Shown: positions 1 to 12,586 of the stretch, in pieces
Layout of the letters: every line of letters begins with the position of its first letter
Position numbering within the stretch: the stretch's first letter is position 1
Assembly: GCF_001194135.2 (NCBI RefSeq)
Contig: NC_068986.1
Location: 4,348,875-4,412,874, forward strand
Direction of reading: 5' to 3'
Source: Octopus bimaculoides
Taxonomy: Eukaryota
Length of the DNA: 64,000 nucleotides
Program-made: the position numbers and the translations under genes
Notes under the pieces: model-generated
What the model saw: only the letters and a program-made list of their open reading frames with translations
The model's database searches: none
What the model was told of the DNA's origin: nothing

Positions 1-480
1 ATATGTGTATATGCATATACATATGTGTATATATGTGTATATGCATATACATATGTGTATATATGTGTATATGCATATACATATGTGTATATATGTGTAT
101 ATGCATATACATATGTGTATATGCATATATATGTATATATATGTGTATATGTATGTATATATATATATGTGTGTGTGTGTGTTTATGTATATATGTGTGT
201 GTATGCATATGTGTGTGTGTGTTTATGTATATATATGTGTGTATATGCATATATGTATGTGTATATGCATATATGTATGTGTATATACATATATATATAT
301 ATAGATATATATATGTGTATATTCATGTGTGTTTTTGCATGTGTATGTATGTGTGTATGCATGTATGAGAATATGCATGTGTATATATGCATATTTATGT
401 GTATACACATATATATGTATGTGTATATACATGTATATATATGTATGTGGTATATATGCATGTATATATCTATATATACT
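1..480. repeat. Compound (TA/TG) microsatellite beginning with four exact 30-nt units
   Basis: ATATGTGTATATGCATATACATATGTGTAT x4 at 1-120, then degenerate TA/TG/CA repeats. It explains all overlapping ORFs at 3-663. Confidence 0.95.
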
Positions 481-610
481 GCAGGCTTCCACACAGTTTT
501 CATCTACCAAGTTCACTCTCAAGGCAATGGTCAGCTCAGGACTGTAATAGGAGACACAAGTTGGCATGCAGTGAAACTGAACCTGAAACCAAATGAACTT
601 CTTAACCACC
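481..610 (-). mobile_element. SINE family 1, degenerate 5' (tRNA-like head) part
   Basis: Similar to the reverse complement of the copies at 27529-27600 and 44310-44460 (CTTCCACACAGTTT..CATCTACCAA..TCAC..CAAGGC..GGTCAGC). Confidence 0.7.
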
Positions 611-1249
611 TTTGCTTTCATAAAATTTTTCCTATCCTCATTTAATATTACTGTAGTAGACAAATTTTCCCATTTTCAGTTTAACTGACCACTTGATATG
701 GTATCAGGCTTGCCAATTTATTAATGGCCTCTGAGAGATTGGCTTTCATATACTGCTGCTGAACTCAGCACTAAGTCGTCATCTACTCCAGATGTTAAGA
801 AACATGAAGAGCTTTAACTCTGCCACACTGTATTCCAACTATTTGGGGAATAGGTTAAGCGTCATCTGAGCTGGATTCCCAGTAAAGCAGTAACAGACAA
901 CACTCATAGAAAAATAAGATGCAGCTGATTCTGTCCATTAGTTTGCTTGCAATCATAAGTCATGAGCTGTATTTGCATCTATTCTTTTTTGTTGCTCTGG
1001 AGCCAAGGTGGAGGGTAAAGTTAGACATAGGAGTCTAAGTCTGTGAAGGTTAACTGAGGTGTTACTGTAGTTGTCTGCATGAATTGCATATTTTTTTAAC
1101 CCATTTGTTGAATTCTGTTTTTCCATGCTAACATGGGTTGGGCAGAGAGCTATTTGAATGTAGTATTTTATGGCCAGATGCCCTTCTTGTTGCCAGCCCC
1201 TACATCATGTGTCAGGTGTCAGCACACACACATGCATGCACACACGCAT

Positions 1250-1303
<54 letters not shown>

Positions 1304-1899
1304 ATATTTCTTTCAAGTAGCATCTACCAGATCCATTCATAAGGCTTTGATCAGCCCAGATCTATAGTAGAAGATAGTTACCCAAGTTGTCATGCAATGG
1401 GACTCAACCCAAAACCATGTAGTTGAGAAGCCACATCTGCTTATATATATGTAGATAGATAGATGTAGATGTAGATAGATATTGATAAATGGACAGATAT
1501 ATAAAGTATATATGTCGCTATTATTGCTTACTAAATGGAATGTATTATACAATATTTGTTTTCACAATATTCATAAAATGAATCATGGTATGTTCAACTT
1601 CAAAGTATTATCATGTGTTTGATACAAATGGTCAATTGCTATTTAATTATTGAAGATTATTTCTGACTTGTCACTCTTTAACTCTTTCATGACCATTTCT
1701 CAAACAAAATACATAGTTCTAGGTTTCAGTTAATCTTGAAACTTATCAAATATTTACAGAGAATTAGTTAAATAGTTATTTTTTAAAATTAATTGATGAA
1801 GATAAGAGATAATGTTAAGTCAGTTTGTTATACTTAACATTGAAGCTCTTGTCCAAAATGGTGATGGAATATTTTAATTTAAATATCTTTTACCTTTTC

Positions 1900-2217
1900 C
1901 TTGTTTCACTCATTATACTGCAACCATGCTAGGGCACCACCATGAAGAATCTTACTCAAACAAAATGATCCAGCACTTATTTTAAGCTTGCTACTTATTC
2001 TATCAGTCCCTTTTGCCAACCTGCTAAGTTACTGGAATGTAAGCGCAAGCACATACAACACAAGCATCTTTCGGCTTCTATCTATGAAACCCACTCACAA
2101 AGCTTTGGTTGGCCTGAGGCTATATTAGAAGACACTTTCCTAAGGTACCATATGGTGGGACTGAATCAAGAAGCATGTGGTTAGGAAGCAAACTTTTTAC
2201 CAGACAGCCACGCCTTC
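1900..2217 (-). mobile_element. SINE family 1, near full length, diverged
   Basis: Tail part (TTGTTTCA..CCATGCTAGGGCACC..CTGCTAAGTTAC) joined to head part (ACCCACTCACAAAGCTTTGGTTGGCCTGAGGCTATATTAGAAGACAC..ACCAGACAGCCACGCC). Another partial copy lies at about 1310-1440. Confidence 0.8.
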
Positions 2218-2243
2218 TTCACCAATATGAACAATTTAAAGGA

Positions 2244-2383
2244 CTAGAGATGGTCTCAGTCAAGTTAATATCAATATACTAGAGGTGGTTTCACTTAGTT
2301 TTATATGAATGGCCTGGAGGTGGTCTCCATCAGGTTGGTATCAAATGACTGGAAGCAGTCTCATGAGGGTTATTATCAAATGG
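2244..2383. repeat. Degenerate minisatellite, four units with a 35-bp period
   Basis: Unit starts CTAGAGATGGTCTCA (2244), CTAGAGGTGGTTTCA (2279), CTGGAGGTGGTCTCC (2314), CTGGAAGCAGTCTCA (2349). Confidence 0.7.
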
Positions 2384-3513
2384 ATTTAGGAGTTTAGAAG
2401 TTAACCGCTATTTAAAGAATATGAGGTGTCTATCTTTTCAAAGATTTTGAAAGCAACAGCCTTACTCTTTTATAATGTGGAATACAAAAGAGCTTTCAAC
2501 ATATGTATATGGAACATTAATGTTGATATATTTATTAGGATTTTGATAGGAGTCATAGAATTACCATGGCATAATATGCAGGTTAAAGCTACTGTTTGGA
2601 AGCCAAATTAATATTGATGTCTTACTGGAGCTATTCTTTTGTAACAAATGCTGAGTTTATGTATTATGTTATAGTTTTGATGTTACCCCATAATAAAACC
2701 ATTTATAGGAGTACTACAGTGAAAGTGAACATTTAATATACTACTGTATTTTCCAGTTATTGTTGCCAGTTCAAAGTGGCTATTTATCTCCTTTTTAAGG
2801 AAATGTTAATAAAATAGCCAACGAATATTAAGCGTTTCAATCTATGCTCTCAGTAATTATAGTTGATTCAATTGTTGGAATGAATATTAGAAAGTTGAAC
2901 CTATTGTTTAGTATGTCAATGAAAGAGTCACTGATCTTATATATTCTCTTGTGAATATCATTTATGTTATTGTTGGTTGTTGTGTAGCCCACTCAGCTTT
3001 GGTTGAACAGAGCTCAGCCAGTTTTTAAACATTCCATCGTCATTGATTTTTTTAAAAAACTTTTATTTTCAAATATAAAATAAAAATTTTATGGTCATTA
3101 ATTAATATATTTATTTTGAGAGAGCAGCTAGATTTAAAACCAGCAAAGTAGTATTTATTGACTAAACTATAAAAATACTCTGCTTCTTCAGATCCTATAA
3201 AGTACTAGTTTTATTGTATTATTAATGGTTAAGCTGTTTGCATTTCATAACCGTTAATATATTGTCATCACTTAAACGATATCATAAAACTTTGACTTAA
3301 TAAATTATAGTAAATGCTGTGTGAGTGACTGTATACAAATAAGTACATGTGTCCTTTTATCAAATTGCTATAGTGAACTATTTTTACTGGTTATTCATAA
3401 TTCCTTTTAAAGGATAACAATTATTGTGTGAAATTAGGAACTATATTTTATAATTGTAGTTTATTATTATTTTACTGTTGCAGTTGTTCCATTTATGCAG
3501 TAATGTTACTTAC

Positions 3514-3584
3514 ATCAATTAGTTTCACCTTTATTTCACTTTGATTAATATTCTTGAGATAATCAAGTTTAACTTGATAATTTC
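3514..3584 (-). CDS. Candidate internal exon (GNYQVKLDYLKNINQSEIKVKLID), product unknown
   Basis: Acceptor CTACATTCAG, strong donor GAT|GTAAGT, 71 nt, only one open frame. No homology recognised. Confidence 0.25.
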
Positions 3585-3597
3585 CTGAATGTAGCTG

Positions 3598-3666
<69 letters not shown>

Positions 3667-4035
3667 CAAGACAAAGATATTCAAATTATTTGGCATAAAA
3701 ATAATTAATTGATTATGATTGTAAGTTTCTTAAATTTTAACCTCATCTTTAGAAGTAAAACATTTTAAATATTCATATATTTTAATTGTTTCAGTTAGTT
3801 TCATTCCAGTCTTTGTTGCTGGCATCAGGACCGGTACTACTGCCACTACTACCACCATCACCATCATCATCATCATTGTTGTCATCAATCCTGAATATGT
3901 ATATGTCATGGAATAATGTGTAAATCTAAATATTTTTAAATGTTTCATCTTCAAAAAGTAAGGTAAACTACCTGGAAAACTATTGGGATCTCATGAATAA
4001 CTTGCCTCCAATTTTTTTAGAACATACAGAGTATA

Positions 4036-4067
<32 letters not shown>

Positions 4068-4292
4068 CTGAGAAAAGTCCTAATTGCGGAATTTAATTGA
4101 TATCTATTTTATTACAAGTCCTGTTGCTTAATTGAAGCCAAGTTATGTTATCCATCGTTGTTGTAAATTATATTAATGACCCGTAGGGACAATGTATTTC
4201 ATTATGCAACCATAATATACAACAAAGTATATTAAACAGTTTTTTTTTTTAATAAGTCAATACTGTGTTCTACTGTGTTAGTAGTTCTGTTA

Positions 4293-4475
4293 TTACATCA
4301 CTTGTTAAGGTTTCTCTACAGATTTTCTGTAGAAATTATAGCCAGCACTGATTTTTCATCTTCGATCTCTTTGTTGTTTACACCAGGCATCTTAGATGCG
4401 AAAAGTCGTAACAAATCAGTGCAGGCTATAATTTCTATTGAAAGTCTGTAGAGATAACCTTAACAAGTGATGTAA
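4293..4475. repeat. Long near-perfect inverted repeat (MITE-like or hairpin RNA)
   Basis: Arms 4293-4354 and 4413-4475 differ by 4 substitutions and 1 indel; the spacer is 58 nt. Confidence 0.85.
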
Positions 4476-5669
4476 ATTATATAAACCACACCAAGACAAA
4501 ATTCACAGCTTAATAACTATTCTTATTTCTGAAGTGAGGTGTATTGCCTGCAATAGGACACTATAAAAGCAAAGCCTCTGTCCTTACTTTGTGAATCAAA
4601 TTACCTTAGCCTTTTCTTTATCTATTTATTTACATAATTTAACTGGCCCAATTTCAGGTTTCTTTTTACTGTTCTAGGAGGCCTTTATTAATTGCATAAA
4701 TTCTCATCTGAAAATTTGTATGAGCTGTTATTGTTGTTGCTATAGCGTTAATCAATTTTACTTGCTCTTCGACTTTAGTCCAGCAGCTGAGTAAATAATC
4801 TTCTCTCCCATGCCATTTATTTTAGATAATCTTTGCTGTTTAAAACATAACATGAATTTTATCATGCTGTACTTGTACCTTAATTGGATTGTAACTATTG
4901 ACATGTTTCCTTTTTTTCCCTTGCTTTCTTTGACAGTTAAAGTGTTCATGAACATTAGTCATCATTCTTGTAAGCTGACTACTTCTATCAATTTTTGCTG
5001 ATACTGCATTCTCACTAAGTAAGTAGATTTGCTTTTTCCTAAGGATTATCATATTTCATGTTTCCTCTGCACTTCACTTTGCTAACACATTTCCCAACAT
5101 GTACCTTGTATTTACCTCCATCACCCTACCAAATGTTTCATTCTTACAACCCGCCTGTCACCAAACAAAAGAAACGGAGAATTCTCATTTGAAACAATCA
5201 ACTCTTTTGGAATTTTAGATTCCAGGCATTTTTTAATCTATTGTGTTTTGTAGCTATCAAAGACATGCTTTATCAGATCATACCATAGTTGATAGTTTTT
5301 CTGAGAGATACATTACTTGTTGCTGAAAGTGCTCAAGACAAACAATACTTTTAGTGCTAAAACAGTTTTAAATCCTAGACAGATAGACTGGCAAGAAATG
5401 TTATGAAAAGGAAAGGATCTTTAATAGTCACTAGTGTGATTGATTTTCTAGGTCAAGGGGTTAAAAGTAATTAAATAATCAGTCTAATTAGGTTACAAAA
5501 ATACAAAACAACTTGGACAGTTTGTTTGAGTATAATAAGAAAAGGCTCTGTCACTTTATTTGATGAAAAAATTTTCTATATAGTTTCATCTTACTGCGTA
5601 GCAAGTGCCTTTTACAAGCTGATCTCTTCTTTGTAAGTGGAATTGGTTGATGGAAACTACTTGGAACCT

Positions 5670-5710
<41 letters not shown>

Positions 5711-6521
5711 ACATAAGAGAGAATATATATATTCTATGCCTTACATGAAAATGTTGAACTAACATTGACCACATTTGTGACTAACAAATTGCCCTCTAGC
5801 TCTGTGTTCTTCAAGATGGATAGATTAAAAAATCCCTTAATTGAAAAGCACATGCTAATGATAGGAAGGGTATCCTCTTGTGAAACAATGCTTCATTAAT
5901 ATGTATTTGTCTAACCCAAGCTTGCATGGAAAACTGGAAGCAAAACTATAACATTTATGTAATCAGTCTGAACATCCCAGAGTAAATTACTCAAAAACTA
6001 GAAATTATTTAATGCATCTTAGATGGATTGAAAATTCAGTAAAGAAGCTCTGTAGCTAATCTTCTTCGCAGTCAGATACTTTGTTGCTTATTTTTAAAAA
6101 AATTTTTGTTTCAAAATTTCCTTTATAATTATGAAAGTTACCTTGGATTTATGTTGAAGTTATCTTGACCTTGTCTGACCAAGTTCAAAATATTTCATGC
6201 AGTACATCTTGGTTTAAAAAAACTTTTATTTAGTTTTTCAAATGTAAAATAAGTAAGCTTCTTGTATCTTCCTCATCTTTATAACACATTAAAAGCCATG
6301 AATTCCTATTTTGGAATTGTAAGCAAATATGTGTATTTTACATTGGTATCAAATTTTGGCATAAGGCCAGCAATTTTGAGTGGGTGGGTTAAGTCTATTA
6401 TATTGACCGCACTGTCCAACTGGTACTTATTTTACCAATGCAAGAAGGATGAAAGGGAAAGTTAACCCCAGCAACTTTTGCAGCATGGTAATGATTCTGC
6501 CAGCTGGTTGCTTTATTTATT

Positions 6522-6724
6522 CTACTCTCTTTTACTTGTTTCAGACATTTGACTGTGGCCATGGAGAACCACCTTTAGTCGAACAAATCGACCCCAGGAC
6601 TTATTCTTTGTAAGCCTAGTACTTACCCTATCAATCTCTTTTGCTGAACCACTAAGTTACAGGGATGTAAATACACCTACGTTGGTTGTCAAGCAATGAT
6701 AGGGGGACAAACACAGACAGAAAC

Positions 6725-6781
<57 letters not shown>

Positions 6782-6906
6782 ATGGGCTTTCAGTTTCCGT
6801 CTACCAAATCCATTTACAAGGCTTTGGTTAGCCCAAGGCAGAAGTCACTTGTCCAAGGTGCCACGCAGTCGGACTGAACCCAGAACCATGTGGTTGAGAA
6901 GTTTCT
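6522..6906 (-). mobile_element. SINE family 1 with internal (TA)n(TG)n
   Basis: CTCTTTTACTTGTTTCAGACATTTGACTGTGGCCATG..GACCCCAGGACTTATTCTTTGTAAGCCTAGTAC, then a microsatellite, then the head ending CCATGTGGTTGAGAAG. It is flanked by family 2 copies at about 6330-6500 (-) and 6955-7165 (+). Confidence 0.9.
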
Positions 6907-6954
6907 ATCTATTTATTTTTTCTCTTTTTGTACATAATAGTAATAGTAGAATTA

Positions 6955-7165
6955 AAGCAGTGAGCTGGCAGAATTGTTCCTGCGCCAGATAAAATACTTA
7001 GCAACATTTCATCCATTTTTACATTCTGAGTTCAAATCCTGCTGATGTCAACCTTGCCTTTCAGTCATTTGAGGCTGATGAAATGGTACAAGTTGAACAC
7101 TAGGGCCGATGTAATCACCCTACTCCCTTCCTCTGAATCTGATGGCCTTATGCCAAAATCTGAAT
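6955..7165 (+). mobile_element. SINE family 2 (core GTCGACTTTGCCTTTCATCC..GATAAATTAAGTACCAG)
   Basis: GAGCTGGCAGAATTGTT..TTCTGAGTTCAAATCC..TCAACCTTGCCTTTCAGTC. Related copies lie at about 8230-8455, 10941-11075, 16555-16720, 17460-17600, 27145-27262 (-), 34295-34450 (-) and 54140-54340. The core resembles the Meta/MESC-type SINE domain from memory, unverified. Confidence 0.8.
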
Positions 7166-7400
7166 GAAATTTCGTAAACAGAGATAATGTGGAACAGTTT
7201 CTCTACTTGATAGGTGGTCTTTATCCATCACCCTGTTCAAAACCATTATCTTGTCCTTGGCAGCTTTTGGCAGAGTACATTCCATTGTCTGTTGCTGGAA
7301 TTCAGAGTGTGTCTCCATTCTGAGGATAATCTCCTCTCCTCCTCCTGCCCACCTTAAAGATCCTGAAAAGGTCATAGACACCTGCCCTTCCTTCTTTAAG
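7148..7400 (-). CDS. Candidate exon (LKKEGQVSMTFSGSLRWAGGGEEIILRMETHSEFQQQTMECTLPKAAKDKIMVLNR...), product unknown
   Basis: Good acceptor GATTTTCTTTTAATAG at 7401-7416, about 84 open codons, higher GC than the surroundings. The donor is unclear and a + strand frame (7188-7436) is also open. Confidence 0.25.
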
Positions 7401-8717
7401 CTATTAAAAGAAAATCTACCGTTTTCACTTGATTAAAATTGTTATTAGCAAATTTCCTTATTATGAAGTATTATTTTATATTCATAAAGAAATGAAACAA
7501 TTTCAATGTTTCTTGTTTTGAAAGAAATAATCCTTTGTAGTTTAAAATAAAATGTTATCTTAGAGTTTTTCTAATTAATTGAGACGTGATTATATTTCTT
7601 TATCCATTTTTTGAAATGAATATTCATTTAGTTGTTTATAAATGATATACTTCAGATAAGTTTGGCTCGCTTTGTTAGTTTTATCTCTGATGTTTATTTT
7701 GAATTTCAATTGTTGTATATACCATATTTTTGTTGTTGTTTATTAAAATAAAATAATTTAATAACCTGACTTATAAATTTACAGTTTAATTGGAATATAT
7801 CAAATCTGTTATGTATGTGATTTCTTGGGTGTATGAAACAGAATGGGAGTACTAACTGAGAGTTAGTCTGAGCACTCTTTCATAGAATATTTGAAAATTA
7901 ACATGGGGACTATAGAAAAAATAGTGATCATTTTGACATGATCTTGATGCAATTAGACTGGTACCTGAGAGAGAAAGGACTACAGTAGTTTACAACTATT
8001 TTCTTTGGGTTTTCTTAATATTTACAATGATTGGTTGGTTATTTCTTATAAGCATATTGTAGGTGATGTTCCATTTCAGATTTTGTTATTTTAATCAGTA
8101 TTCGGATAGTTGGCCTACCCACCTACCCAGCGGGGTGGCATCATTTGGAAGCTACAACAGTGTGAGGAAGTGCTTTGTGATCAGCAGTGTGTAACAACAG
8201 CCAATTGTCTTGTCGATGCATTGAAACAGTAATTAGGATAATGATTGGTAGAGTTGTTAGGGTTCCAGAAAAAATGTCTTCCATTATTCGATTTCCTTCT
8301 TTACATCCCAAGTTCAAATCATGTTGAGATGATCTTTGCTTTCATCCTTCCATAGTTGATAAAATCAAGTACAAGTCAAATAATGGAGTAAATGGTATCA
8401 ACTAGAACCCTCTCCTGAAATTTGCTAGCCTTGTGCTTAAATCTGAAATCATCATTTTAAAAGATTATGAATTTCTAAGAAAATGTTATTCAGTTGGCAG
8501 GGATAAATTTTATGACTCCATTACCATGTCTTTTCATTTGACTCTACACTTTAAATTGCAGCTGTTTAAGATTGTGATACAGAATTCTGCATTGGTTACT
8601 TGTTAGTCTCAAGAAGATTATGTCAAATTACTTGCCTTGGCTTCTGTAGACTTAAGATATTAAAAACACTTATCATATTATAATAGATAATACTATTGCC
8701 ATAATATATAATATATA

Positions 8718-9832
8718 TACGAGGTGGTATCAAAATATTCATGGACTAGCTCTGTAGCATGCCAACAGATGGCAGCACAGAGTTGCATGCACAGTGAGGG
8801 CTAGCAGTGACCTTCATGGGGCAGTATGCTGAGTGGCATTGCTGTGTTTACTGCATAAGTTGTGAAATTTGTGTTTTTGTGATCACGGGTATGCTGTAAT
8901 CTGTGATTTTTGTCATGGACAAGGAGCCAACGTTGTAATTTTGAATTAAATTTGCAAAGTCTACTATGGAAACATTGAGCTTGCTTCAGCAAGCTTACAC
9001 TGACTCGGCAAGGAGTTGTACGCAGTGTTTCGAATGGCATGGGCACTTCAAAAGGCACAACAGAGCCAGCCGCAGTTTAAACAAGAGCATGCTCGTCATT
9101 TTTTTCCAACATCCATAGTATTGTGCATCAAGAATTTGTCCCCCAGGGCAATCAAGAGTTCTACTGCAACGTTTTGAAGTGTTTGAGGAAGGACATTTGG
9201 TGAAAGTGACCGGATCTGTGAAGCAAGAAGAACTGGATTCTGGCGGCGAGCTGGCAGAAACGTTAGCACGCTGGGCGAGTTCAAATTCCGCCGAGGTCGA
9301 CTTTGCCTTTCATCCTTTCGGGGTCGATAAATTAAGTACCAGTTATGCACTGGGTCGATGTAATTGAGTTAATCCCTTTGTCTGTCCTTGTTTGTCCCCT
9401 CTATGTTTAGCCCCTTGTGGGCAATAAAGAAATAAATAAGAAGAATTGGATTCTTCACATCAACAATGCACCCTGTCACCGAGCTCTCCTCATTCATGAG
9501 TTTCTCGCCAAAAACAGCATGGTATCACTTCTAGACCCACCCTATTCCCCAGATTTAGCACCTGCAGACTTCCATCTCTTCTCCAAGATGAAAATGCAGC
9601 TCAAAGGTTGTTGTTTTAACACCATTGTTAATATCCAGAGTGAATTGCAAAGGTCCTCAATTCATTTATGGTAAACAACTTCCAGACCAAATTCCAAAAG
9701 TGACAGAACACTAAAACCAATGTATTGCTGCACAAGGTGACTATTTCAAAGGAGATGATGTTAGACCTTAGGTAAATAAGTTATTTTTTATTAAACATAA
9801 CTAGTTCTGGAACTTTTTGATAGCACCTCATA
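8718..9832 (+). mobile_element. Decayed mariner (D,D34D-type) transposon
   Basis: TA-flanked TIRs TACGAGGTGGTATCAAAATATTCATGGACTAG and the reverse complement TATGAGGTGCTATCAAAAAGTTCCAGAACTAG. The transposase remnant WILHINNAPCH...PPYSPDLAPADFHLF (9417-9674) carries the mariner YSPDLAPxD motif. It has stops and frameshifts. Confidence 0.92.
9242..9437 (+). mobile_element. SINE family 2 inserted in the mariner transposase
   Basis: GGCGGCGAGCTGGCAGAAACGTTAGCACG...; 17-bp target-site duplication AAGAAGAA(C/T)TGGATTCT at 9225-9241 and 9438-9454. Confidence 0.92.
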
Positions 9833-9838
9833 TATATT

Positions 9839-9858
9839 ACATACATACATACATACAT

Positions 9859-9952
<94 letters not shown>
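9839..9952. repeat. (TACA)n/(TA)n microsatellite
   Basis: Directly visible, next to the right mariner TIR. Confidence 0.95.
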
Positions 9953-9955
<3 letters not shown>

Positions 9956-12084
9956 AGACCACTAAGTGGACTGCTAATGTGCTAGAAGAAGCTGTTTGAT
10001 CAATTGTACTACCAAATGTATTAGATTAGTAAATAGTGTGTATTTGACAGACATGTGTACCTGTAATAAAATCACCATGACATGGGGGTCAAGGCTGGAC
10101 CTTTGAATTACGTAAACAATCTATTTGATGGGTGTCTGTACAGGTACCACATACCCAATTTCACTCACAAGGCATAGGTTGACCTAAGATTATAGTAAAA
10201 GACTCTTCCAAGATGCTACACAGTGGGATTGAACTTTGGGCTTTGTGACAGAGAAACAAACTTCTGAATCATTCAGCCTTGCTGCATCTACGTGTTAAGT
10301 AAATTATGTTCAATAAATCATCAAAAACTTAACATTGCATAATAACTCATGAAAGGGGAGAAAAAATGATTTCTTTTCATTCTTTGGGCATCACATCTAT
10401 TTTCTTTTTTTTTTGTACTGTTAACAATTAAGCTTGTATAATTCCACATTCTACAGAGTCATCAACCAGGGTATGTAAATGCCATAAAAAGTGGATCACA
10501 GCTCAAGTTACAGGAACCATAATCAAAGCCAGAATTAATGTTCATAAAATTAATTTGGATTGTTTTGCCAGGGGAAAGGAGTGAAGATACCAAGTTTCAT
10601 GAGTCACTGCTAATTTCCATATTGACCCCTATAGGGAACCCAGAAAGAAATTAGGTGCTACAAGTGTACCTCTTGACATTTTGTGTTTTCTGGGGCAACA
10701 GTTATATACTAGCTAAAGGAGTATAGCACCACTTGCATATTAGGTGACTCCCCCTGATCACTCTGATGGCAACCCTTCCTTAATTGCATCAATCTTTTGA
10801 GCTTTTAGTCACAAATTCGGACTTCTGATCTTGCTAGTGGCTGGCCTTTTTTCACTTCAGTAAAAGTGCTGCTGGACGTAGTATGTCCTCAAACTGTTAT
10901 TCTAGGAGCAGGATCCTATCTTCATATCTGGAACACAAATGGCAAATTGGCAGAATTGTCAGAATCTCAGCTGGAATACCTCAAGATATTTGTTCTCACT
11001 CTATGTGCCCCAAGGTCAAATTGCACCGAGGTCAACCTTGTTTCTCATCCTCTCAGAGTCAATAAAAAAAAATTAAAAAAGCAATCCAGGATGTGGATTG
11101 GCAGGACTAGAAGAATACCAGATCTGATACTCTGCATCATTTGTTCTCTCTCTTTGAGTTCTAAGTTTAAACGCTTCCTTGATTTGCTTTGCTAGTAGAC
11201 TTAATATGTCATTCAGTTTAACATCACCACCTGGTACCCTTTGTACTTTTAATAGAGTCCACTCTATTGCAAGCATTCAGGTCATGACCCTGGTTTGAGG
11301 ATATCTCCTTTGAACCAGTCTTTGAGTCTTTGTAAAGGGTTATAGGCACCACATACCTTCTGAACTAAAAGATTTTTTAAAATGTCTCTTAAATGCATTC
11401 AAAGGTTGTCTTAAAGTTGTTTAACCCCAGGTCACCTTTGACAAGATTTATGATCAAAGATGTACCAAATGTGATCACTCTACCTGTTGTATATCTGTGA
11501 ATATATTACCTAGTATTTGCAATAGATTTGTATTGACCATGCAACAAAATTCTCTGGCTCTATATATGAACAGTAATTATCATTAGTTGCCATCATCATC
11601 ATCATAACTCATCATTTTGATGTCCACTTTACATGGTTCAGACAAATTTATTGAGGCAGTTTTTCTATGATCAGATGTTCTTCCTCTTACTGACACCAAT
11701 TTCTAGGAAAGTCAATATTTCCCCACCTTTCAAACAAATAATTTAGTGGCTTGATATGTTTTCACAAAAGATTGCAAACAAATAACACTGTTTGTAAGGC
11801 AGGGATATTTTTTTTTAACTTAAGATGTTTGTACATTCATTTTGCCATCTGTTTTTCATACTTGCATAGCTTAGGTAGGGAGAGGTATTTGAGCCAGTTT
11901 TTTTACAGCCAGATGCTTTTCCTGTTGGCAACCCTTACATTTCAAGCCAGAAATTTTTTTTATTTATTCCATAAGAATTCAAAAGCACAAAGCTAACAGA
12001 TGATTGTTGGCAGTAAATGTCAACAAACATGTCACTGGTTACAGCCCTATCACAATTAACATTAATGGTTATAAGTGTAGGCTG

Positions 12085-12085
12085 T

Positions 12086-12164
<79 letters not shown>

Positions 12165-12275
12165 TACACTCACCCATATATGTACATATATATACACACA
12201 CACACACACACACTCACCCATACATATATACACACTCACACACACATATATGTACACATATACACACTCACACAG
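12085..12275. repeat. (CA)n microsatellite
   Basis: Directly visible. It is followed by a SINE family 1 head at about 12320-12465 (-). Confidence 0.95.
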
Positions 12276-12586
12276 ATGTATATGATGAGTGTGGGTGTGT
12301 GGGTGCATATGAACAACTTTCTTTTAGTTTCTGTCTAGCAAATTTGCTCACAAGACTTGATCAGCCTGGGGCTACAGTAGAAGACACTTGTCTAAGACAC
12401 TGCACATTGTGGCTGAGCCAGAAACCATGTGGTTTTCAAATGGACTTCTTAACTACAAATCTATGCAGTAATTTCTTTAAGCAGAATAGAACTACCTACA
12501 CTATAATCATGAACAATTCCAATTCCGGGAATTCATTCTCCTAATATTCACATTCATTTACATTTACACACAGTTCTCCTTTCCAG

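Noticed and set aside
3-663. Long ORFs rich in C/I/Y/V/M/H/T (also at 11935-12544, 29011-29382, 45067-45463, 49675-49911 and 62691-63071)
   Set aside because: They are translations of TA/TG/CA microsatellites, which lack stop codons.
2244-2383. CRISPR-like appearance of the 35-bp array
   Set aside because: Eukaryotic context, degenerate repeats, mutually similar spacers and no cas genes.
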